Assembly: GCA_020629955.1 (NCBI GenBank)
Contig: JAHDCI010000002.1
Coordinates: 2,692 to 66,691, forward strand
Length of the DNA: 64,000 nucleotides
Direction of reading: 5' to 3'
From: Myxococcota bacterium
GTDB lineage: Bacteria > Myxococcota_A > Polyangia > Polyangiales > Houyiibacteriaceae
Shown here: positions 20,590 to 30,578 of the stretch, piece by piece
How positions within the stretch are numbered: the stretch's first letter is position 1
Layout of the letters: the number at the start of each line of letters is the position of its first letter
Made by a program: the position numbers and the translations under genes
The notes under the pieces: generated by a model
The model's input: the letters and a program-made list of their open reading frames with translations, nothing else
The model's database searches: none
Told to the model about the DNA's origin: nothing

Positions 20590-20625
20590 AAAATGCGGGC
20601 GATGATTCTCATCGTCCGCATTTTT
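20590..20625 (+). terminator. Intrinsic terminator
   Basis: AAAATGCGGGCGATGA-ttc-TCATCGTCCGCATTTTT, near-perfect stem ending in a T-run, just after stop 20572. Confidence 0.8.
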
Positions 20626-20786
20626 ACAATTGCGTAAGAATTTTTTCGAAAAAGAATTCCTCAATCAACACAAAAGGTTAGAAAAACCCTTCAAAAACAA
20701 AGCTTTTTTGACTCGCGCACCCTAAACGAGTGAGATAAAGCTACCTGAGTTCACGATCAATTCCGTGAGCTTTAGGTTGTCGATTC

Positions 20787-23084
20787 TTGTTCGATATTTT
20801 TCCCACAAACGGGCTCGATAGGAGCATCCTCGCGCCGGTCTTGGTCGGGCTCTCCTTCACAGCGCTTCTAACCGAGACATGGGGCTGGTCCTTTGTCGCA
20901 TTGGTGGTCCCAGGCTACCTCGCGGCGGTTTTTGTCGCCGCGCCGTGGAGCGCGGTCGCGATTGTGATCGAAGCGATCGCCACCTACGGGTTAGCGCATC
21001 TACTCGGCGACGTTCTTCCCCGTCGCGGCCTGTGGACCATGTCATTTGGACGAGAACGCTTCCTTCTGCTGGTCATCTTGAGCGTGATTGTCCGACTCGT
21101 GTTCGAAGGATGGTTGCTTCGACTCGTTGCCCCCTCGATCGCCCCCGAGATCGCCGGTTCGTTCTACAGCGTCGGTTTGGTTCTCGTGCCTCTCACGGCC
21201 AACGCCTTTTGGAATACGGGCTTCAAACGAGGGCTCTTTCACACGGGCAGCATCACCGCCCTTACCTACGCGACCTTGGTGTTGGTTCTTCTTCCCTTCA
21301 CCAACCTCAATCTTTCCGAACTCGAGGTCACGTACGAGACCGTCGCCCTTCATATGCTGGAGACGCCGCGGATGTACATCATTCTGATCTGCGGTGCGCT
21401 CTTTGCGACCGCGATGAATGTCCGATACGGATGGGACTTCGCCGGAATTTTGGTTCCCGGCCTACTCGCTGTCGGGTGGTATAGCCCGACCAAGATCGCA
21501 ACCACGTTCCTCGAAGCGTGGGTCGCAGTGCTCATCTCGAAGCAGATCGTGAAGCTGCCCTATTTCGCTTCCCGAACGATTGAGGGGCCTCGCCGGCTGC
21601 TGCTCATCTACGTCGTCGCGTTCAGTATGAAATGGATCGCAGGCCTCCTGGCGTTCGAGACGCATCAGAGCTTTCAAGCGACGGAGCTCTATGGGTTTGG
21701 CTACGTCTTGCCCTCACTCCTCGGGGTGAAGATCTGGCAGCGTGAAAAGACGATAGGAATTCTGCTTCCCACGCTCGCTGCGAGTCTATTCGGCTTCCTC
21801 TCGGGCAATCTCATCGCCTTTCTACTCGCGGTCTCGGCGGGCCCACCAGCGGCCCAGGTCGAAGCGCAAATGGGCGCGTCCGAACAGCGACGAGCGCTCC
21901 TCGATGGCAGCGCCTGGACCCTCCGCGATCCAAGCGCGGAGGAGGAAAGCGAGAGGCTCATCTTCATCCGGGATCTCGAAGGGATTCACCTTACCTCCGC
22001 TCTCCGCATTCAGCCCTTCTCGGACGGCTCACGTCTGATCTCCGCGACGGATGCTGGCGGAGTTGCACTCTGGCGACGCGAGTCCGGCGAAGGAGCCTTG
22101 GTCGTGGAGACGGCTCCAGATAGTGTCCTGCGCGCCCTTGTTCCAGAAATCGCGGAAGCATCCGGCGCTCGAGATATCTGGCTTCTTCGGGAACCTGCCC
22201 CTGAAGGTGTTCTCGAAGGAAATCCGCGGGCGCGCCTTGAAAATGGTCGCCTCGTCACCGACGTAGAGACACCCCTCCGCGAGCTGAGCGAAGACGAGCT
22301 TCGAGAGCGCGCGGCCGCGAATCTTCCCGCGCCGGAGCGAGAAACCCACCCGAGTCTGCAGCAGCTTCTCCTCGACGCGAGCGAGCAAATCGAAACGGAT
22401 TCCCCGTACCATCCCGCCGATGAGACCACCCTCCGCGCATTTAGCGCGGAGATTTCCCCCGAGACAGTCCTCGACCCATGGCGTAGCCGGAGGGCGATCC
22501 ATTTCGGGCTCGTCCCATTTTCGACGGCCGACGGCTGGACAGGGGTCCGAGAAGCATCGCCGCGCGGGATGATCTGGGCGAAACGAGATTCCTCAGGCCC
22601 CACCTTAACCCTTCCCTACCCGGAAGGTCGTAGTGGAATGGTCGAAGCTCTGAGCGAACTGGCGAACCGAACAAGCGCGAGCGAAATCATCTTTGCGGGA
22701 GCGGCGCGACCTCTTCAGCCCGACCACGGTCGCATCGCGCTACGAGCCCCCTCCTATTCTCTACGCGCCACGGAACTTGCGCTGGGCGCGGGCCAGGATG
22801 TTTGGATCGTCCGCGATATTCCCACGCATCACGAGCGCTGGAATACCGACATCATCGTCACGCCGAACGAAATCGAGCCGGGCTTTGAGTCGGAGATCGC
22901 CACGCTCTTTCCGGACTTCCAGGTCGTTCCCTTCGATCACTCATTCGACATGTTTCCCTTCCGTGGGGCAGGGGACCCGGCGTTTGCGTGGATTCGGCTC
23001 TTCGCACCTGGGCGCGGTCGCATTCTTTGGATCTCGAGCCGAATGCGCTCAGAACTCCTCCTTCAGCGCCGAGGAACCCCATGA
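20787..23084 (+). CDS. capC: PgsC/CapC-family membrane protein (two CapC units) with large C-terminal soluble region
   Basis: Two CapC signatures: GLSFTALLTETWGWSFVALVVPGYLA and GALFATAMNVRYGWDFAGILVPGLLA; ~10 TMs then ~410-aa soluble tail; TTG start. Confidence 0.85.
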   Translation: MFDIFPTNGLDRSILAPVLVGLSFTALLTETWGWSFVALVVPGYLAAVFVAAPWSAVAIVIEAIATYGLAHLLGDVLPRRGLWTMSFGRERFLLLVILSVIVRLVFEGWLLRLVAPSIAPEIAGSFYSVGLVLVPLTANAFWNTGFKRGLFHTGSITALTYATLVLVLLPFTNLNLSELEVTYETVALHMLETPRMYIILICGALFATAMNVRYGWDFAGILVPGLLAVGWYSPTKIATTFLEAWVAVLISKQIVKLPYFASRTIEGPRRLLLIYVVAFSMKWIAGLLAFETHQSFQATELYGFGYVLPSLLGVKIWQREKTIGILLPTLAASLFGFLSGNLIAFLLAVSAGPPAAQVEAQMGASEQRRALLDGSAWTLRDPSAEEESERLIFIRDLEGIHLTSALRIQPFSDGSRLISATDAGGVALWRRESGEGALVVETAPDSVLRALVPEIAEASGARDIWLLREPAPEGVLEGNPRARLENGRLVTDVETPLRELSEDELRERAAANLPAPERETHPSLQQLLLDASEQIETDSPYHPADETTLRAFSAEISPETVLDPWRSRRAIHFGLVPFSTADGWTGVREASPRGMIWAKRDSSGPTLTLPYPEGRSGMVEALSELANRTSASEIIFAGAARPLQPDHGRIALRAPSYSLRATELALGAGQDVWIVRDIPTHHERWNTDIIVTPNEIEPGFESEIATLFPDFQVVPFDHSFDMFPFRGAGDPAFAWIRLFAPGRGRILWISSRMRSELLLQRRGTP

Positions 23085-25588
23085 GCAAGACTCGACCAGT
23101 GCTCTTTCTTGCAGCTGTGCTCGCATTCGGGATGTTGGCCGCTTCGTTCTTGCCACGCGAGATCTTTCGAGGGGAATCAGCGCCTATCGAGCTCGATCAT
23201 ACGTCGCTCTACAGCGTAGCGATCGACTCGCCCCTCGCGCTTGAGATCGAACCCGGAACCCGATCCCTTCGGCTCCACGTCGTACCCGAAGTCGGCCGGC
23301 CGGAGACGTATCTCCCAGAGGACCGCATCCCTTTTGCGTTCGACGTTCGGTTCGAGCAAAACGGTGAGGAGCTCCTATCGCGGCAGGTGGAGATGGATAC
23401 CCGGATCAGCATCTCCGACGATGTGCCGCAGCCGTCCTCCTTTCGGGGGACGCAGCTGGAAGGTGGGTGGGCCGGCGACAACCGGGGACTTCGGCTCGCC
23501 GTGCCCGAAAGGATTCGGCAATCCGGCGGGACCCTACGTCTGATCGCCGGTCGCGGTCCGTATCGCAGACTTCTGGTTCGAGGCTTCGCGCATTTTGACA
23601 CTCCGGCACGTCCATCTTCGACGCGCGTGGCTGCGAGAGAAGCACCCGCGAGTTATGTCGGAAGCTCACTCGGGGCTCGCGATCTACCCAGTGAGCTTCA
23701 CGAGCGGCGGGTCAATGAACGCGTAGCGCGGCTCGTTCCGCGGCACTCTCAACCCCGCCGGCGGGCCACCTTCAGCCCCTATCGGAGGCCGTGGTTTGAT
23801 GCTTCGCGCCCCGAAGCGAACGCGCTCATTACGTGCGGGCCCAATCGGTGGGTCGCAATCAACTTCGAAGGCGAACTTCCACTTGGCATCTCCGCGGAGG
23901 CGAACACAAGGGTCAGCCTGGATGGAGAAGAAATCTCGGTCGGGACGGCTCCCGTGGAGCGGATTCTCCGTGCGCGGGGCCCTCGAACATTGACGCTTCG
24001 GTGTGAGACCCAGACCGCCCTTAGGCTGTTCACGAACGAACAAGGAACGCGCGCGTTGATTGGAGAGAGAGAGCGTATCTTGCCGGTGGGCCAAGATCGT
24101 TTCTACCTTCTCCCCGACCTCCGGCGCGTCTGGTTCTACCAGCTCAATGCAGATTCCCCCGTGGAGGTTCCATCGGTCGAAGTCGAACGCGAAGTGGTCG
24201 TCGAGTTGCGGGGCAAGATCGCAAGCGAAGAAGGCTTCTCCGCCATCGACGCGACGATTCGGACGCGGGATTCCGAAGGACGGCTCGTCAGCGAACTCCC
24301 AGTGCATCTGAACAAAGAGCGGTCCTTCTACGAATACTTCCGAGATGGAGACGGGACAAGCCAGGAATGGCGGCAACGCATTCGTGTCGCTGCGGGTCAT
24401 CGCGTCGAGATCTCGGGAAGCCCCAACACGTGGGTGCGCTTAAAGGCCGTTCACGAAGACACGATGGAACGGACGCGCAGTCCTTGGCGCGAAGACCTCG
24501 TCGGCAGCGACAAAGGCTGGCTATTTGAACCGCGGGAGCTGACCGCCCTCGCGCGAGTCCGCCCCGTCGATTACAGCCGGCTCGCCCGAGAGGGGCGGCT
24601 CGAACGTCTGGTCGAACAAGTCCGCCTTGAACAACTTGATGAAGGAGAAGATGCGGCGGCCATGGAAGAGGCCCGAAATGCGCGTCTAAGGTCCACGCAG
24701 GCGAGTGAAAGCCCCGACCAAACGACTCCTCCCGTCGCGCTTCGGGACGAAAACGAACCCGCGGAAAACGCCGAATCGAACCGGGACACGGAAAGCCGTA
24801 CCGAGCGCGCGAGGGTAGCTCACTGGCGCCCGCGCTACGCGCGTTCAATTCGACCGATCGGTGACGTCATCTCGCAACGCGTGCTGACCCAAACCCTCGG
24901 TCGGCCGAGCCACTACTGGGCGCCGATCACGAGCTCTCGCCGCTACCTATCGGGCGGTTTGGCGACGTACGTTTGGCTGCGTCCGGAACGTCTCGGAGAA
25001 CAGGTCAGGCTCTTTATCAACGGCGAACAACATCTCGAAACACGCATCTCCAGCGAACTTCAGCGGTTTCGCATCGCACTTCCCGCGGAGCCCTCATCGA
25101 TCGAGGTTCGAGGCATCGGAACAGGTGAAGCCTTTACCAACGCGAACCCCGTCGAGGGCAGCGTCTACCGGCGCGACCGATTCTTTGAGCTGCGCCGCGA
25201 TGGGTCGCTGGAATTCGAATTCGATGCGGAACCCGGCGAACGCCAGTCCGTGGTGCTTCAAGTGCTGACCGAGAACCCGGGGGAGCAAGTGGCGCTCTCC
25301 TACGAACAGACAGGCGGGACCGGGCTCGGGACCGGAAGCCAACGGCGAATCGCGGACCGCTGGCGACGAGGTCGATTTGTCGATCTGCAGCAGGAAGATC
25401 CGGGCTTCATCAAGGCGATTGTCCCTTTCGGGATCGCGAGCAACGCGCGAACCCGCCGGCTTCGGCTTCGGTGGGAACGAGACAGGTCCGACGACACGTC
25501 TTCGCGGCTCTGGGTACGAGCCGTCGTCGTAAGCGATCGTCCGCGCGCAGACCGAAACTCAACACGCGTTCGAAGTGTGCTCCGATGA
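23081..25588 (+). CDS. Large exported/membrane-anchored hypothetical protein of the PGA locus
   Basis: ATGA overlap with capC at 23081-23084; N-terminal hydrophobic anchor (VLFLAAVLAFGMLAASFL); beta-strand-rich. Confidence 0.8.
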   Translation: MSKTRPVLFLAAVLAFGMLAASFLPREIFRGESAPIELDHTSLYSVAIDSPLALEIEPGTRSLRLHVVPEVGRPETYLPEDRIPFAFDVRFEQNGEELLSRQVEMDTRISISDDVPQPSSFRGTQLEGGWAGDNRGLRLAVPERIRQSGGTLRLIAGRGPYRRLLVRGFAHFDTPARPSSTRVAAREAPASYVGSSLGARDLPSELHERRVNERVARLVPRHSQPRRRATFSPYRRPWFDASRPEANALITCGPNRWVAINFEGELPLGISAEANTRVSLDGEEISVGTAPVERILRARGPRTLTLRCETQTALRLFTNEQGTRALIGERERILPVGQDRFYLLPDLRRVWFYQLNADSPVEVPSVEVEREVVVELRGKIASEEGFSAIDATIRTRDSEGRLVSELPVHLNKERSFYEYFRDGDGTSQEWRQRIRVAAGHRVEISGSPNTWVRLKAVHEDTMERTRSPWREDLVGSDKGWLFEPRELTALARVRPVDYSRLAREGRLERLVEQVRLEQLDEGEDAAAMEEARNARLRSTQASESPDQTTPPVALRDENEPAENAESNRDTESRTERARVAHWRPRYARSIRPIGDVISQRVLTQTLGRPSHYWAPITSSRRYLSGGLATYVWLRPERLGEQVRLFINGEQHLETRISSELQRFRIALPAEPSSIEVRGIGTGEAFTNANPVEGSVYRRDRFFELRRDGSLEFEFDAEPGERQSVVLQVLTENPGEQVALSYEQTGGTGLGTGSQRRIADRWRRGRFVDLQQEDPGFIKAIVPFGIASNARTRRLRLRWERDRSDDTSSRLWVRAVVVSDRPRADRNSTRVRSVLR

Positions 25589-26487
25589 CGCACCCTCCAC
25601 AAAGACGGGCATCGTTTCGTGTGCTCATGTGCATCCTCGCATTCGCATGCGGAACCAATCCACGTCCAGAGATGCGGAGCCGAACTCTCGCCGGAATCCT
25701 GCGATGGTCGGGGGATCCGAACGCAAAACTCTCCACGCCTTCCTCGCGACGGCAGACCGCGGTCCGAACTTTTCTAGCAGGGCGCGGAGTCGACGCCGTC
25801 CCGGAAGGTTCGCGCTGGGTGCCCTTCGGCAACGACGAGTACGCGCTCATCGAAGCTGGGGAGCATCGTGGCGATGGGGTGACCATCTACCGACGGGAAG
25901 CTGAGAGCGAGCTGATCGTTCAAGCTCCACATCGGTATTTCGATCGCCAAACTCTCCCTATCGCGCAACGCCTTTACCGTACATTGGGCGCACGGGCGCT
26001 CCTCGTAAACTCGGTCCACCGCTACCGCGGGGACGATTGCGACGCCCGTGAAGATTGCGCGTCGGACGTGGTCCGAAATTCATCCTCTATCTTTCATGCT
26101 GCGCATCGCGGGCTGATGCAGGCGCACCCTGGAGCAACCGTCCTTGCCATTCACGGGTTCGCGGCGAGAGAGGGCGAACCGGATATCATCCTGAGCGCGG
26201 GCGGGACACGTACCGAGCTTGTTTGTCTCGCGCGTGAGCTGCGAGAGCTCACGAGCGGACCTTCCCTGGGAATGTATCCAAGCGAGATTCGGCGACTTGG
26301 GGGTGTGCGCGGAGAGCAAGCCAAAGACTTGAGACAGCGGGGCGCTCGCTTCGTACATCTAGAGCTCAGCGAAGCGCTGCGGGAAACTCTGGTCGAAGAC
26401 TCGAGTCTCCATACCGAACTCGGCGAAGCGCTTCGCACGTGCCTGCTATCGCCGACACACGAACCCGAACGGTTCGAGATCCCATGA
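25585..26487 (+). CDS. Putative Zn-dependent gamma-PGA hydrolase-like (PghP-fold) lipoprotein
   Basis: ATGA overlap; lipobox-like AFAC; motifs IVQAPHRYFD, VLAIHGF, FVHLELSEALR parallel the PghP-family APHGGGIE / SxHG / QLExS..LR pattern. Confidence 0.6.
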   Translation: MTHPPQRRASFRVLMCILAFACGTNPRPEMRSRTLAGILRWSGDPNAKLSTPSSRRQTAVRTFLAGRGVDAVPEGSRWVPFGNDEYALIEAGEHRGDGVTIYRREAESELIVQAPHRYFDRQTLPIAQRLYRTLGARALLVNSVHRYRGDDCDAREDCASDVVRNSSSIFHAAHRGLMQAHPGATVLAIHGFAAREGEPDIILSAGGTRTELVCLARELRELTSGPSLGMYPSEIRRLGGVRGEQAKDLRQRGARFVHLELSEALRETLVEDSSLHTELGEALRTCLLSPTHEPERFEIP

Positions 26488-29400
26488 GCCGTCGACTCTT
26501 CGCCTGGGCGCTGTCGACGTTCTTTTGCTTGGCATCGCTCCAATCCGCGAACGCGCAGGCTCCACTCGAGATCAGTCCGACCACGTTTGGCCCCTCAGTC
26601 CATCGCATCGACGCGCCACGCGGGAGCTCCCTCGAGGTACGCGGCGAGTTCGAACAGCTGGGGTTGCTCTTCGGTGACAACTCCGAAGCGACCGTCCTCT
26701 GGCTCGACCGCTCCCTGGGCCGAATTGTGGATCTTCCTCTTTTGGGTCCGCGCGCATCCCTTGCGGTGCGCTCAAACGCATCGTTCGAGGTATGGCGACG
26801 AAACGCCCAACCGCGCGAAATGGAACGCCTCCGCGAGGAACAGAGCATTCTGCGTGGACAAGCGAGCGATGGCGCAGTCCACGAAAATGACAGCCTCCTT
26901 TTGTCAGCGCGAGACGCGATCGCACAGGCCTATCCGAATGCGAGCGAAGCGTCGCAGCGCGCGTTTCTCCAGCGTCTCGCAGCACTCGAACGGGTGAAGG
27001 AGGGCGATCTGAGGGCCGCGCCCTTTTTCCGCCGACATATGCGCTCGGAATATTCTCTCGAGGCCGGCGACCGCCATCGCATCGTGGGGAGCCATGATTT
27101 GTCTCGCCTTCGATTTTCAGGTCGCGGGCGAGTCATCGTTCGAAACGCCGGGCGCATTATCACCGAACGGGATATTCGCTCGGGCTTTTCTCTACGGGTT
27201 GCGGGTAACGCCACCGAGGTGGAAGTCACCACCGGCGAGGTCGAACTTCGCGTGGACACGTGGCACGTGCTCAGGCCTGTGTTCGAACGGACCGCGCCGG
27301 GCGACGACGCACTCGGGGATCTCGCTCGCGCCTTCGATCGTTCTCTCGGCGCGTCCGAACCCGGTGAGATTCGAACCAGCGCTTGGAGCTCCGCTTGGAT
27401 TCGTTTCCTCTTCGAAGATCCTCAATCTTGGCCTTCGGGCATGTTTGCCTCGAGCCCCGCGTGGCTTCGTTTTCTGCTTCTCGAACGACTCGCCGAACGT
27501 TCGCCAACTCTTCCGCCGCGTTTCGATTGCAGCTCCACGCCGCTCGAAGAAGAGATGAGCAACGCCAGAACGCTCGTAATGCGAGCCGCGCAAAAGCTCT
27601 TCTGCGGGGACCTTAGCGGGCAGCGCGATCTGATACGCGCGGTCGGGCTCGCTCAAGAATCCGATTCGAGACTGCGCAGGGTCGCTCAAAACCTCTCTAG
27701 GCTACTCACCGCCAGGCGAGTCCAAGCGCCAAGCGGCAGCGTTCATCGTTGGAGCACGCCAAGCGAAGCTTCCGGTACCTGCAGACTCCGCGAAGATGAT
27801 CGCGAGTTCTGGCTCAAGGTCACCGAGCATCGCTTTCTCACGAGAAATCCGGGGGAGCTCCGAATCTACTCCCCAACCATCGAAACGACGGTGCAAGTGG
27901 ACGGCGAGCACCTGGGTGTCCATGGGCTATTCGGATGGATTTCGCGGGTACCGATCGACGCAGGTCACCATCGTATCGAAAGCGCCGAAGAGATCTTGGT
28001 TCAACTCCCCGGAGAGCACGAAGTCCCGTGCAACCAGCTGGTCAGCGTTCGGCGAGAGCGACGCTTAAATGAACCTGTTCGTTACGATCTTGGCGCGTTT
28101 GCACCCGGTCGCGTTCAAGTGCGACTGCGAGGCGAGATGAGGCGAGCTCAAATTCGTGCTGGCAGCGGGTCGATGGAACTCCACCGCGCGACCTCCGGGG
28201 AGCAAGGTCGCTGGGTTGAGTTGCCGGCCGCATTGATCGCCTCCGCCTCGCTCGAGATCATTCCTCTCGATTCCGCCACCGGCCCCTCAACGGTCGATGT
28301 CCGCGCATTCCAGTTCCGCATGGAGTCGCCAACGCTATCTGAAGGGGAGCCCGAAGATCACGGCCTCAATCCCCTATCGCGGGAGGATCATCTCGACGCG
28401 CTGCGGAACGTGACCCGAGCTCTCTCGGATCGGCCGACGGATGAAGAGCTCCGCCTTCGTCGTTTCGAGTTCTTGCGCGAACTAGGCGCGAATCGGCTTC
28501 TTGAAGAACTTGAACTTCCGTCTCAAGCGCAGCGTTTCTCATCGGCGCCCCGCGAACCTAGAACCAATCGCGCAGGCCGCATTCCCGGAGTTTCATGCGA
28601 TGATCTTCGAACCGCACAACGACTTCGACGCGCCTGGGAGGATCGGGATCTGGACGAAGTTCTCGCACTCTCTGCTACCCCGCGTGACGGCGTGCAGCGA
28701 ATCTATCGTGCACTCGCGCTCGAAGCGCGAGAGGAGCTTTTGGCAGCCGCAGAGCTTTGGGAGCAACTCTCGCACCCGTCTGCCCTCGAGGAGTCACTTC
28801 GCCTGCGGATCGCACACGCGCACGGACAAGAGGATGAAGAGCAGGGGCGATATGCAGTCTATCTCGACGCGCTGATTCGATCTGAAATCGAGGCCCCTCG
28901 CCGACAGGCGCTGATCGGAGAACGAAGCTTTATCCCAATCGGTGGCGCGCGGGGTTCAGCGGGATCGCGTATCGCCGTGCGAGCGCGAGAGGCTCATACG
29001 CGATCGGAGTCAATTCTATCCGCGTATTTGAACGCGCCGCCGGATGCGATCCTCGTTGCGCAAGGAGACGCATTGGTTGTCGAGAATTCGCCGACCGAGC
29101 TCGCCTTTGAGTTTGGCTGTGAACCGACGGAGCGCGAGTGCGTAGCGCGGCTTGCGAACGAAAACGGCGACCCGATTTCCCATGGACGATCGCCGATCCG
29201 GGTCGCACTCGATGAGCGGCAGGTCATCCTCGAAGCCGAACACACAATGTGGGTCCGTTTCTCGAGCGACACGCCGATTGACTACGTTCGCCGACGCTTC
29301 GAGCTTGAGGCGACCGCAGAGCATCCGGTGCAGCTCCGCGTCGCAGGTCCGACCGCGCTACAGATCCGGTCCGCGAACCCAGAGCACTTGCGATTTGAGA

Positions 29401-30578
29401 TCCTGCGCAGCGACGGGAGCCGAGTGCCACTTGAAAGCGCCCGGTTTCAGCAAACCCTCGAGCTTCCAGTTCCGGAGGGGGAGCAAGCGATCTGGATTCA
29501 CGCGAGCCGCCGAGAGAGCTTCAGCGCACACCTCGTGCAACTTGATTCCGTCTACTCGCCACGATCCACAGAACCCGAGGTCGAGACCGCCCATCCTTCT
29601 ACGTTCGACTGGTCCGCAATCCCGACGCGCGGCGTGCGCACAGAGGGCACTGCTGGGACGATTGGCATCATGAGCGCGGAGGTGCGTGCGACGGTCAATA
29701 TCGAAGACGTGAGAAACGTCGATGCCGCCGCCAACGGTTCTCCCCACCTCGAGCTACTCGCGCGCGCGATGCGGCGCGAGGGACGCTTTCGATTTGAGTT
29801 CGGTGGTCTCGCAAGATTGCGCTTCGGGCCGCCATCGTTCGGCGCGTTTGCGCGTCTCGATTGGCGAGGGGGACGCAACTTGCCAACCTTCATCGCGCGA
29901 GGCCGGGTTCTCGCTCAGAACCTCGACACCTTCCGAGTGTCCGCCCACGGGACGCTGCTTGGGCTCTGGCATATCGCAGCACACGCGAAGTTTCGACTCT
30001 ATCCCTACGCTGCGCTCGACCTTGTTTCCGTAGGGGCCGAGCCGCCAGTAGGAGAGCAAGGCACCGATCCCGATGTCTACCTGCGCTGGTACCGAGATCA
30101 TCCCTGGACCCTCCGCGCGGGGCTAGCCTTCTCGTACCGACCGGCACTCGACCTGCTCTTTCGTGGGCGCGTTCAAGCACGCACGAACTCGGAGTGGCTG
30201 AGCGTCGATCGGATCGATCTGCAGGGTCGAGTCGACCTCGTTGCCGGTTCTGGGTTGTTCCCGCGCTTCGCTGCCGACTACCTACTTTCCTATCGATTCG
30301 CAGATCCTCAACGCCCCTTCCGAATCGTCCGCCATATCGTTGGCGTCGAAGCTCACCTCTGGCATTGGTGGCGACCACGCGGACGCGTCGCGCTCGGGGC
30401 CCGTTTCGAGTGGATCGCAGACAACAGCTCGTTCGCCGGCTTCATCACGCTCTCTCAACTTTTTTCACCTCATCGTGGCGTTCAGGATCTTCGGAGCGCA
30501 GAGGCGCCCTTCGCGGCGCGACTGAGCGAAGGGCAAGGCGCGACTCTCGATGCTCGTAGGAGTGACGATGACTTTTGA
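26484..30578 (+). CDS. Large Sec-exported protein with helical/TPR-like segments and probable C-terminal outer-membrane beta-barrel
   Basis: ATGA overlap; signal peptide ending ANA-Q; last ~290 aa are alternating amphipathic strands (FRFEFGG, FARLDW, LRAGLAFSY, FAADYLLSYRF, VALGARFEW). Confidence 0.7.
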   Translation: MSRRLFAWALSTFFCLASLQSANAQAPLEISPTTFGPSVHRIDAPRGSSLEVRGEFEQLGLLFGDNSEATVLWLDRSLGRIVDLPLLGPRASLAVRSNASFEVWRRNAQPREMERLREEQSILRGQASDGAVHENDSLLLSARDAIAQAYPNASEASQRAFLQRLAALERVKEGDLRAAPFFRRHMRSEYSLEAGDRHRIVGSHDLSRLRFSGRGRVIVRNAGRIITERDIRSGFSLRVAGNATEVEVTTGEVELRVDTWHVLRPVFERTAPGDDALGDLARAFDRSLGASEPGEIRTSAWSSAWIRFLFEDPQSWPSGMFASSPAWLRFLLLERLAERSPTLPPRFDCSSTPLEEEMSNARTLVMRAAQKLFCGDLSGQRDLIRAVGLAQESDSRLRRVAQNLSRLLTARRVQAPSGSVHRWSTPSEASGTCRLREDDREFWLKVTEHRFLTRNPGELRIYSPTIETTVQVDGEHLGVHGLFGWISRVPIDAGHHRIESAEEILVQLPGEHEVPCNQLVSVRRERRLNEPVRYDLGAFAPGRVQVRLRGEMRRAQIRAGSGSMELHRATSGEQGRWVELPAALIASASLEIIPLDSATGPSTVDVRAFQFRMESPTLSEGEPEDHGLNPLSREDHLDALRNVTRALSDRPTDEELRLRRFEFLRELGANRLLEELELPSQAQRFSSAPREPRTNRAGRIPGVSCDDLRTAQRLRRAWEDRDLDEVLALSATPRDGVQRIYRALALEAREELLAAAELWEQLSHPSALEESLRLRIAHAHGQEDEEQGRYAVYLDALIRSEIEAPRRQALIGERSFIPIGGARGSAGSRIAVRAREAHTRSESILSAYLNAPPDAILVAQGDALVVENSPTELAFEFGCEPTERECVARLANENGDPISHGRSPIRVALDERQVILEAEHTMWVRFSSDTPIDYVRRRFELEATAEHPVQLRVAGPTALQIRSANPEHLRFEILRSDGSRVPLESARFQQTLELPVPEGEQAIWIHASRRESFSAHLVQLDSVYSPRSTEPEVETAHPSTFDWSAIPTRGVRTEGTAGTIGIMSAEVRATVNIEDVRNVDAAANGSPHLELLARAMRREGRFRFEFGGLARLRFGPPSFGAFARLDWRGGRNLPTFIARGRVLAQNLDTFRVSAHGTLLGLWHIAAHAKFRLYPYAALDLVSVGAEPPVGEQGTDPDVYLRWYRDHPWTLRAGLAFSYRPALDLLFRGRVQARTNSEWLSVDRIDLQGRVDLVAGSGLFPRFAADYLLSYRFADPQRPFRIVRHIVGVEAHLWHWWRPRGRVALGARFEWIADNSSFAGFITLSQLFSPHRGVQDLRSAEAPFAARLSEGQGATLDARRSDDDF

